In this document: positions 40,397-48,150 of the stretch, piece after piece | Numbering within the stretch: position 1 is the first letter of the stretch | Layout: every line of letters begins with the position of its first letter | Source: a virus | IMG/VR virus record: IMGVR_UViG_3300000115_000002 | Span: 1-48,150 of that record | Direction: 5' to 3' (one strand) | Length of the DNA: 48,150 nt | Translations under genes and position numbers: made by a program | The notes under the pieces: generated by a model | The model's input: the letters and a program-made list of their open reading frames with translations, nothing else | Database searches by the model: none | What the model was told of the DNA's origin: nothing

Positions 40397-43300
40397 TTAC
40401 CTAAAGCTTAATGACTTTAAAATTTTTCCTCCGCTGTACTTAGACGCTCTCGGATCGTTAGGATCAAACCTAGAAGCATTAGACTTCTTAAACTGTTGAG
40501 GTTCAAAAGGAATATAAGAATATTTTTTACCTTGTAAAGACTCTCCTTTATTTTTATATTTAAGAGAATCAAATCCTTTACTCTGTAAATATTTCTTTAA
40601 GATAATATTACTTTGAGCGTTTGCTACATGTTTAGCTAATGTATAAAGATCGCTATCCATCTTGTCATCTATCTTATTAGATATTCTAAAATAAGTTTTT
40701 ATTGAAGGTTTTACCTGCTCTATTATTTCATTTTTAATTCTATTAAAAGTTTGTCCTGGTAATTGTTTAGCCATCATTTTTGAAAAGTTATCTAAATCAG
40801 CAGGACTAGTTAAAAGATTAACTGCATCCCAACTGCCATAGTCTTCATCTATTACTAGAGGATTTTTAAGATTAAGATATCCTTCAGCTAAATGAGGAAT
40901 TCTTACACCCCTATCTAGTATTTCTTGTGCTTGATCTTGTGTACCAAAGTGAGGCCCTATTTCTCTAGGGAAAGCAAAATTAATTTCAAAGTCTGTATTA
41001 ATTCCATCTCCTGTTCCTCTAAATACAGGAACTTTAATTTTAGAACCTTTTAAGAATTGTCTAATACTTTCAGCTTTATTATCAGGAACTTGAGTATCCA
41101 TTACAGGATTAGCAGACTTAGGCATTCTGAAAAGTAATCTGCTAAAAGTTTTAGCGGCCCCTTCAAAATCTTCATCATTACTAGTCCTCATTAGATCAAT
41201 AGCTTTTTTAAGCTTTATTTGTTCGTTCTCAGGAGAACTATCTATATTCTTACGGATACTGTCAGAAAAATTATACAGTGATCTAGCTTTGATAAAAGCA
41301 TCTTCAGGTCTTTCTCTAGCCCCTAAAGCATCTATAACTTGCTCTATGTCATAGTCAATATCTTTAGGATCTGTAAAACTTGTACCTTCCATTACAGACC
41401 TAACTCTACTCTCTATTATTTCTTCATCTACATCTCTAGTATCTGAGTATGCCTGAGCTTTTATTTTTATATCATCAGCAGCTTTTTGAGCAGCATCATC
41501 GCTAAGATCTATTATAGATAATTCTTTTAAAGCCTTCCCTATTTTACTTACAAGCTTACCGCCTATACTAAAACCAAGACGCTCTAAAGGATCTTTAGCT
41601 TGTTCTTCGTAAGGTTTACCTGTCAACTTATCAACCCTTTCTCTAGGAACTTCAGGAGCATTAGGAACTTTAAAGAACTCTACTATACCTCCTGAGTTAT
41701 ATCTCTTTTTATATATAGAACTTGTATCATCTCTTTCAGGAACTGTAAGATTAAAAATTTTCTTATCTATTTTATATAGCATATTATCATAATCTTTTTT
41801 AGCTTCCTCTCCTAGAATAGGTTTTATTGCTGTATAAGGTATACCTTTTGTACCAAACGCCCTAGCCAAAGCATCAAGTTTAACTGCTTTATATACATCA
41901 CCTACAATAGGCCCAAATGCTCCTGTACCTAAAGCTACGGTACTTTGATAATACTTTGAAGCATCTCTAGCTCTTTGAGCTTGATCAAAAGCTAAACCAA
42001 CGCCGCCCCATCGTTGAACACTGTCAACAATAACTTCTTCCATGCTTTTATCTTTTGTACTTTCTCCATGACTTCTAATATAGTTAGCAGCCGCTGCCAT
42101 TCCTGTCATAACTATAGCTGTACCTGCTACTTTAGGAAGGTTTCCAACTGGATCTTTTATTGTAGAAGTAATAAAATTTTTAAGAATTACATTAGTAAAA
42201 GCAGCAGGATATCCCATTAACTGAAATAAAACTGATGTTTTAGGATGACTCATAATATTAGGTTTAATACCAGCTTCAGGGCTAGGATTTAAAATAATTT
42301 CATTTGTGTATCTTCCAGCAGCTTTGATAACATCATTTTTATAAAAGTCATCAGATCTTTTTGCTCCTGCGTTGTACCACTCTAAAGCTTTTTTAACATC
42401 AATGCCTAGATCAGTAAGCTGATCAATTTGACTTTGCGTTCTAGCTGTAGGAGCATCTATTGTAGCTGCAATCTTTCCAAGATTAGTGTTTATAATTTCT
42501 TTAGCTGTAGTAAAAGAAGTTAACTGAACAGCTTTTGTCCATCCATCAAGTAAGTTATATTTAAAAAATCCATTATTTACTTTTCTTTGCCAATTAGCAG
42601 TTAAAGCTTCTCCTGACAAACGCTCTGCTCCATCTGCTAAAGCTTGATCCATAGCAATACTTACACTATTCATTTCTTTAAAAGCTTCTGATCGAGTTAA
42701 TCCTTTATTAACTAAGTCTTCTACAGTATCGTCAGTAACTGTAGTCAAAGCTGTTTTAAAAGCTTTTGCAAATCCTACAGTAGAATCTTTTAAACCTGCC
42801 TTAGAAATATTTAAAGCAATCTCTGTTAAACTAGAAAGTGTTGCCAAAGGAAGAAGAGCTATTCTTGTTCCTAATACATATGTATCAAGGCTGGCTTGTG
42901 TAACATCACTATACTTTTCAACTCCTTCGCCAGTAGCAATTTTATATGTATTTAAAATAGCCTCTTGTTCTTTACGAGTAAAAGCTTTCTGACCAGCTTG
43001 TTTCATTTCTTTTCCGATTTGATCTACCCAAAGATCTTTAAATCCTTGTATATCTCTAACTCCAAAGACTTTAGTTTTTGCAATAGTCTTAGAAGTTTGT
43101 GCAGTGTAAGCATTTAATAAGCTATCTAAATTATTATCTAAAAACTCTTCAAAAGGTTCTTCATCTAAAATATTTAAAGTTCTGGAAGAAAAGAAACTAG
43201 CACCTCCTCCTGCTACATCGAGTCTATTTTCAATATCAAGCATTGAATCAATAAACTCATTAACATTTTCTTGAGTTAAAAGGATCTCTTCTTTTTTTCC

Positions 43301-44881
43301 TTTAGGTGAATAAGTAACTTTATTTCTAACTAAAAGGTCTGCAAGCTCACCTCTTTCATTCAAGACTCTTTTTCTATCCCACATTCTAGGAACATAGTTT
43401 TCAGCAGCCTTATCCATAATACCAAAGCCAACAAGATCATCAGCTATATCATCTAAAACTCCTCGTATACTTGAAGCTGCTTTATAAAGCTCATCTGCTC
43501 CTTCTACTTCTCCACCCCTAAGAATCTTTGCAATATTTTGTTTGGCTTCATCTAAAGCATCGCCTTTTAATTCTAACTTAATAGGATCTAAAGCATCATT
43601 AACTTTGTTTAATCTTTCTCCACGAATAGCTGAAAAGGTTTCAAAAAAATCGCTATCTGTTAATACACTTTTTCCACGCAAAGGTCTACCTAAATCATAT
43701 CTAAATTTCTTCTGTAAAGTTGCAGCAGTTTTAGAATACTTAGTATAAGAGTCTAAAATAGAAGCTGGTTTTTCTATAAACATTCTTGTTGGAGACATAC
43801 CATGAAGTGTTCTACCTACTTTTTGACGTAGAAGAGATTGTATTTGTTCTCCAGTAGCCCCTTGATTTTCTTTAATCACTTGCCTTACAGCATCATAAAG
43901 CTCGCCTTTTGTTCTTTCTCCACCTTTATATTTTTTAGCAGTTTCTTCAGCAGCTTTTTGTACTGCTACTTCTTCAAACTCTCCATCAAAAGTTCTTCCT
44001 TTAGGAGGCAAAGCATTTGCTGCAAAAGAATAAGTATCTTTCATAACTTCAACAGTTATTTCTGCATCGGCAGTATCACCTATTTGATCTTCATCAACAG
44101 CTTTATTAAGAGTAGCTTGTCTAGATTTAGAAGGTTTAGTAACGCCTAAATATTTTCCTAAAGATCCTCCTAATAAAGCAGCCCCAATACCACTTGCTCC
44201 ACCACCAAGTACAGCACCGCCAGCAGTCATTGCACCAAGCTCCGTAGTATCAAACTGATTTCTAAGTCCAGCAGCCAGCTCAGTATTTTGTCTGTAATAA
44301 TTATCTACGCCTGTCCAAGTAGCACCTGACATTGCTCCTCTTGTGGCTACTGCTCCAGTTGTATTATTAACAGCTAATTTCTTTAAAGTTTGTGCCACTC
44401 CTTTTTTAGCTGCTGCACTAGTACCTACTGCTGCCGCACCTGCTCCACCAGTAAAAAGAAATCCAATAAGATTAAGAGGATCTGCAATAGCATCTGTACC
44501 TATATCAGCAAGTGCTTGAAGTCTTCTTCCTTCTCCTATGTCTGCTGCATCCCATCTAGTACGAAGCCTTGAATAAGCTTGTTTAACTTCTTTAGGGGCT
44601 TCTTCCATCTGAGAAGATCTAGTAGCAATTGTACTTAGCCTATAATCTTCATCTCTAAGAGTTTCAAAAATATCATCTTGACCTCCCCAAGAACCAGGAT
44701 CAGTAAACTTCTTCCAACCTGTCGTATCTTCAGCTAAAAAAGTTAAGTAGGTTTCTGCGTCTTCTTGAAAACCACTATCATTTTCTAAATCCTTTTGAGT
44801 TTCAGGGCCAAAAGATGCTAAAGGAATTGTTCTGTTATCTATTTCTTCTACAGCATTAAAATATTCTTCTGAAAATGCCAT
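40397..44881 (-). CDS. Giant internal virion / ejection protein (1494 aa) with a C-terminal ART-like effector domain
   Basis: Size and position next to the SLT protein. N-terminal Gly/Ala-rich hydrophobic segments. The C-terminal ~230 aa (VFRGTGDG...HFGTQDQA...LNLKNPLVID...GFDSLKYKNKGE...YSYIPFEPQQFK) is similar to the 199-aa protein. Confidence 0.7.
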   Translation of the reverse strand: MAFSEEYFNAVEEIDNRTIPLASFGPETQKDLENDSGFQEDAETYLTFLAEDTTGWKKFTDPGSWGGQDDIFETLRDEDYRLSTIATRSSQMEEAPKEVKQAYSRLRTRWDAADIGEGRRLQALADIGTDAIADPLNLIGFLFTGGAGAAAVGTSAAAKKGVAQTLKKLAVNNTTGAVATRGAMSGATWTGVDNYYRQNTELAAGLRNQFDTTELGAMTAGGAVLGGGASGIGAALLGGSLGKYLGVTKPSKSRQATLNKAVDEDQIGDTADAEITVEVMKDTYSFAANALPPKGRTFDGEFEEVAVQKAAEETAKKYKGGERTKGELYDAVRQVIKENQGATGEQIQSLLRQKVGRTLHGMSPTRMFIEKPASILDSYTKYSKTAATLQKKFRYDLGRPLRGKSVLTDSDFFETFSAIRGERLNKVNDALDPIKLELKGDALDEAKQNIAKILRGGEVEGADELYKAASSIRGVLDDIADDLVGFGIMDKAAENYVPRMWDRKRVLNERGELADLLVRNKVTYSPKGKKEEILLTQENVNEFIDSMLDIENRLDVAGGGASFFSSRTLNILDEEPFEEFLDNNLDSLLNAYTAQTSKTIAKTKVFGVRDIQGFKDLWVDQIGKEMKQAGQKAFTRKEQEAILNTYKIATGEGVEKYSDVTQASLDTYVLGTRIALLPLATLSSLTEIALNISKAGLKDSTVGFAKAFKTALTTVTDDTVEDLVNKGLTRSEAFKEMNSVSIAMDQALADGAERLSGEALTANWQRKVNNGFFKYNLLDGWTKAVQLTSFTTAKEIINTNLGKIAATIDAPTARTQSQIDQLTDLGIDVKKALEWYNAGAKRSDDFYKNDVIKAAGRYTNEIILNPSPEAGIKPNIMSHPKTSVLFQLMGYPAAFTNVILKNFITSTIKDPVGNLPKVAGTAIVMTGMAAAANYIRSHGESTKDKSMEEVIVDSVQRWGGVGLAFDQAQRARDASKYYQSTVALGTGAFGPIVGDVYKAVKLDALARAFGTKGIPYTAIKPILGEEAKKDYDNMLYKIDKKIFNLTVPERDDTSSIYKKRYNSGGIVEFFKVPNAPEVPRERVDKLTGKPYEEQAKDPLERLGFSIGGKLVSKIGKALKELSIIDLSDDAAQKAADDIKIKAQAYSDTRDVDEEIIESRVRSVMEGTSFTDPKDIDYDIEQVIDALGARERPEDAFIKARSLYNFSDSIRKNIDSSPENEQIKLKKAIDLMRTSNDEDFEGAAKTFSRLLFRMPKSANPVMDTQVPDNKAESIRQFLKGSKIKVPVFRGTGDGINTDFEINFAFPREIGPHFGTQDQAQEILDRGVRIPHLAEGYLNLKNPLVIDEDYGSWDAVNLLTSPADLDNFSKMMAKQLPGQTFNRIKNEIIEQVKPSIKTYFRISNKIDDKMDSDLYTLAKHVANAQSNIILKKYLQSKGFDSLKYKNKGESLQGKKYSYIPFEPQQFKKSNASRFDPNDPRASKYSGGKILKSLSFR

Positions 44882-44884
44882 CAG

Positions 44885-47506
44885 TTATTCAGCCTCTTCA
44901 AACTTTCTTATATAGTTCTGACCTTCTTTATTTAAAGAAGATCTATTCCCATCCCATTTCCTAATTGTTCCTAGCCCTTGATTGTAAGCAAGAACCATTT
45001 TTTCTTCATCTCCATTAAATTTATCATTTAGATAATCCAAATAAGAAATACCTAATAATGTGTTTAGTTCAGGTATTTTTAAAAGTCTTATAACTTCTTT
45101 ACCTTCAGAACCTTTCAAAGGTTTAAAGATTCCTTTACTTGAATTAGTAGCAATAGTATCAATAGCTTTTGCTTTTAATTTAGAATCGTATTTGATTCCA
45201 AAAGAATCTGCGGCATCAAAAATATTAAAGCCTGATCCAGGTTGAACTGCTGTTGCTGTTTTAATCTGCATAATTCCATGAGCATCGTGACCACTAGACT
45301 TAGTAGTCCTTACATTCACAGGATCACTAGCATTAGTTTCAATATTAGATATTCTAGTAACCACTGAAGGAGTAAGATTAGATCCAGTAGTTTGTAATCC
45401 AAAATTTATAAGACTCTTTATAGTTTTAGGAGTGCTAACAGTTTCTTCTTGATTAGTAGGACTTAATAAACTATCAACAGTTTCTTCTTCCTTCTCTTCT
45501 TGATTAGTAGGACTTAATAAACTATTAAGAGGACTTAAATTTTCATTCAAGTTTTCATCTACTTGCCTAAGAAATTCACTACCTGTATCTATAATTGGAT
45601 CTGTTAATTTTTCTGCTTCAGTTCTAGTATCAACAATATCGTCTTTGTAAATACTTCTTGGTCTAGGAGCCATTACTCTTTCTGCTTTAGTTCTAGTATC
45701 AGCAATCTCTTCATTTAAACGAGATCTTGGGCTAGGATTTAAAGAACTTCCAGCATCCATAAGTCTTTCAATATTTTCCCCTACTTTTGTTGGTGGGGCT
45801 GGTCTTGCTTCTCCTGAAAGATCATACCAAAAATCATTAAGTTCTTTATAAGCCATTTCTATTTTTTCTGGAGGCCCTTGTAATCTTTCTGTAAAATATT
45901 CTTTATTATTAAGTAAATTCCTAACATTTTCATTATTAAGTAAATCTTTAAATGCTTGTGCTTTTACGCCTTTTTGTTCTTGTAAAATTTTAGCTTGAGT
46001 TAAAGCATCAGAACCTTCTAAAGTTCTACCTAAATTTCTTAACAAGGCTCCATCTAAAGCAACACTTCCATCTTGAACTGAATCAGCAATAGCTTCTAAA
46101 ATTTCTAAGCCGTTTATTCTGCCATCTCTTCCTGCACCAGAACCTGAATGCAACCCATAACTTGGATCATTCTCACTCTCTTTAAGTAATTGTTTATTAA
46201 ATCTATTAAGCACAATTTTATTAGCAATTACAAAATTATTAGGGTTTACTGCTTCACCCTCATTCATAAAAAATATATTTTCCATTTTAAAAACTTCAGC
46301 AGCAAGAGCGCGACCATAGTTTGCACTAAAAACACCTACATCTTCGTCAAGTTCTTCAGAAAACTCCACTAGTCTTTCTTCAAGTGTTACGCCATCTTCT
46401 ACTTCTACTTGAGCTTGAGCCTCTATATGTTTTCCAGCAGCAGCAACAACAGTCCCTAAGTTTGTATTAGGATAATAAGTATTTCCTAATTTCTTATTAG
46501 CATCAGGAGCAGGGCCTCCACCAACTTGAGTTTTTCTACCTTTATCATCTTCAACTATTTCTTCTATATAAGAAACTTCTTTTGTATCTCCATTAATACT
46601 AGTTTCTTTACGTGTTTTTGTTACAAAAAATCTTGTACCTAAAGAGTCAGAAGGTACTACAACACCATCTCGTGTTTTAAATCTGTATACATTTGGATTA
46701 AGTGCGCTTTGTTCTTTTATAAGAGATTTAAAAGCTAATGTTTTGCCATCTTCCACACGAGTAGGATGCTGATAACTTGGATCAATCACAGTAAATTTTT
46801 CTTCTAGTAAACTTTTTTTAGTTTCCATAAAATCTTTAGTGGCTTCAAAGCCAGCTTCTTGATAAAGTTGCTTACCAGAAAGTTCATATATCTCAGGACT
46901 TAACTCTTTTAAAACATTTTCTCCTGATGAAGAAAGAACATCTGCTTTGCTTTTCTTTCCAAAGAGCCTTCCGTATATATCAGAAGCCATGTTACTAGGG
47001 AAAACATTAGACTTTTCTATAAAGTCTTCAAAATTATTAGAAAGGTCTACAGATTTTCTAGATTTTTGGATATCTTTATAGTTATTATAAATATCCCCTT
47101 TAAAGTTATTAGCAAAATCTTTTAATATTGCATCTTTACTTTTATTTGTATACCCTGTGTCCCAACCATCATATTCTTGTTGAGCTATTTTTGTAGCATA
47201 AGGAAGAACAAACTTATCATAAACATATTGTTCTTCACCGCCTTGATAAGATATAGCACTTTCTGCATGTTTAGCATATTCGTCATCAAGCTTCTGAGCT
47301 TGGTTATAAACATTCTTTCCCCTAATTACATTAGCTTTTTCAAAGAAATCATCGGCTCTATTTTCCATAGAATTACGATAAAGACCTATTGCAGCACTAC
47401 CTGCAATTTCTGTTATCATTGCCCTACGAGCAGCTTTCTCATTATCATCTCTACGTTTACGCTGTGCATTAGATAATTCTTGATATACGCCTTCTATAGC
47501 ACTCAT
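44885..47506 (-). CDS. Internal virion protein with a C-terminal lytic transglycosylase (SLT) domain (873 aa)
   Basis: GIMQIKTATA...LLGISYLDYL...VLAYNQGLGT matches the SLT pattern. It is functionally analogous to T7 gp16. Confidence 0.75.
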   Translation of the reverse strand: MSAIEGVYQELSNAQRKRRDDNEKAARRAMITEIAGSAAIGLYRNSMENRADDFFEKANVIRGKNVYNQAQKLDDEYAKHAESAISYQGGEEQYVYDKFVLPYATKIAQQEYDGWDTGYTNKSKDAILKDFANNFKGDIYNNYKDIQKSRKSVDLSNNFEDFIEKSNVFPSNMASDIYGRLFGKKSKADVLSSSGENVLKELSPEIYELSGKQLYQEAGFEATKDFMETKKSLLEEKFTVIDPSYQHPTRVEDGKTLAFKSLIKEQSALNPNVYRFKTRDGVVVPSDSLGTRFFVTKTRKETSINGDTKEVSYIEEIVEDDKGRKTQVGGGPAPDANKKLGNTYYPNTNLGTVVAAAGKHIEAQAQVEVEDGVTLEERLVEFSEELDEDVGVFSANYGRALAAEVFKMENIFFMNEGEAVNPNNFVIANKIVLNRFNKQLLKESENDPSYGLHSGSGAGRDGRINGLEILEAIADSVQDGSVALDGALLRNLGRTLEGSDALTQAKILQEQKGVKAQAFKDLLNNENVRNLLNNKEYFTERLQGPPEKIEMAYKELNDFWYDLSGEARPAPPTKVGENIERLMDAGSSLNPSPRSRLNEEIADTRTKAERVMAPRPRSIYKDDIVDTRTEAEKLTDPIIDTGSEFLRQVDENLNENLSPLNSLLSPTNQEEKEEETVDSLLSPTNQEETVSTPKTIKSLINFGLQTTGSNLTPSVVTRISNIETNASDPVNVRTTKSSGHDAHGIMQIKTATAVQPGSGFNIFDAADSFGIKYDSKLKAKAIDTIATNSSKGIFKPLKGSEGKEVIRLLKIPELNTLLGISYLDYLNDKFNGDEEKMVLAYNQGLGTIRKWDGNRSSLNKEGQNYIRKFEEAE

Positions 47507-48010
47507 TTATTGCCTCGCCATTAAACTAGGAGTCTCAGATATTTTTTCTTGTACTTCTTCAGGTACTTCTTTTTCTTTTAAACCTTCCATCATTTCTTCA
47601 GGAACTTCTGCACCAAATAAATCTTCATCTTCATCTTCCATAATTATATAATCATCTACTCCAGATCTTTCAAGAAGTCCCATAATCATATAAGAGGTAG
47701 GTTCAACTAACATTAACATTAAGTCGGGATTCCATTTACCTTCTGTAAACCCTTTGAAGAGAGCTAACTTTGAAAGCTCCATGATTGTTGCACCATTAAG
47801 TGCTGAGTCAACAAGTCCTGCTAAAGCTTCTTCTTCAGTCAGAGAAACAAAAAGATAATCGACTGCTTCTTCAAGTACAGTAAACTCAGGAGGCTGTTCC
47901 CAAGGATAAGGATCATCAGGGTCACTGACCATACCTTCTCCTGGAATAGGAGCATCCATTTTTGCAAAGTGTTTTTGTAACTCTGGCTCTGTATCTAATA
48001 AATCTCTCAT
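47507..48010 (-). CDS. Acidic hypothetical virion protein (167 aa)
   Basis: ORF in the internal-protein block, with a highly acidic C-terminus. Confidence 0.45.
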   Translation of the reverse strand: MRDLLDTEPELQKHFAKMDAPIPGEGMVSDPDDPYPWEQPPEFTVLEEAVDYLFVSLTEEEALAGLVDSALNGATIMELSKLALFKGFTEGKWNPDLMLMLVEPTSYMIMGLLERSGVDDYIIMEDEDEDLFGAEVPEEMMEGLKEKEVPEEVQEKISETPSLMARQ

Positions 48011-48013
48011 TGT

Positions 48014-48150
48014 TTAAGCCTTCATAAATCCTGGATATGTGTTAGTTTGTTCATTATATTGCATTGCTTGCCCCATAGCCCAATTACTTATAGGATCTAA
48101 AGGATTTATAGCTATCATAGGTGCGCCTTGTACTTGTTCTACAGGTAATA
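48014..48150 (-). CDS. 3' end of the wrap-around gene whose 5' part is 1..1165. Nt 48046-48150 duplicate nt 1-105.
   Basis: The frame continues ...QAMQYNEQTNTYPGFMKA then TAA (48016-48014). Confidence 0.7.
   Translation of the reverse strand, partial: LPVEQVQGAPMIAINPLDPISNWAMGQAMQYNEQTNTYPGFMKA
48046..48150. repeat. Terminal overlap copy 2 (identical to nt 1-105)
   Basis: Direct comparison of the window ends. Confidence 0.95.

Noticed and set aside
1-48150. Lysogeny module or mobile element (integrase, repressor/Cro pair, att site, transposase).
   Set aside because: No ORF with tyrosine or serine recombinase catalytic motifs was found. The 82-aa protein at 19838..20086 has only an HTH-like fragment. 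The genome looks strictly lytic.

Overview
The window is a complete, circularly closed phage genome. Its first 105 nt are identical to its last 105 nt, giving a unit length of about 48,045 nt. It is AT-rich dsDNA with podovirus / T7-supergroup-like gene content. I found no phage RNA polymerase, integrase, tRNA or CRISPR array.

Two gene arms diverge from a ~0.5-kb non-coding control region (about 20.45-21.06 kb) and converge at 36841/36842.

- Plus-strand early/replication arm (21.0-36.8 kb): many small early ORFs, a short C5-cytosine-methyltransferase-like protein, a lipoprotein, a T7 gp2.5-like SSB, a gp4-like primase-helicase, a family A DNA polymerase, an Endo VII-like resolvase, a PD-(D/E)XK nuclease with a Cas4-type Cys cluster, an unannotated T7 endonuclease I homologue, a DUF3310-like protein, and class I RNR nrdA/nrdB with thyX between them.
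- Minus-strand packaging/structural/lysis arm (20.45 kb down through position 1, wrapping to 36.8 kb): terS, terL, portal, two head-associated genes, scaffold, major capsid, tail tube proteins, a repeat-rich fibre, a Gly-rich protein, very large internal-virion proteins (one with an SLT domain, one of 1494 aa), T4-type lysozyme, a holin-like protein, an EF-hand membrane protein, and a cluster of small very basic proteins.

The observations most worth follow-up are:
1. Two back-to-back perfect sigma70-consensus promoters, with a predicted leaderless terS mRNA.
2. A ~450-nt non-coding region carrying seven ACT-N4-AGT palindromes, a GC-rich island and longer repeats. It could be an operator array, an origin, the genome terminus or a structured leader RNA.
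3. A portal-proximal cassette bracketed by ~65-nt junction repeats. Its product shares a putative ADP-ribosyltransferase-like effector domain with the C-terminus of the 1494-aa internal protein.
4. An intact endonuclease I gene with no canonical start codon (a TAATA junction where this genome elsewhere has TAATG), alongside a second resolvase.
5. Eighteen 13-aa fibre repeats whose DNA is synonymously scrambled.
6. An EF-hand membrane protein inside the lysis cassette.

All homology calls rest on motif recognition by eye. No database search was possible.
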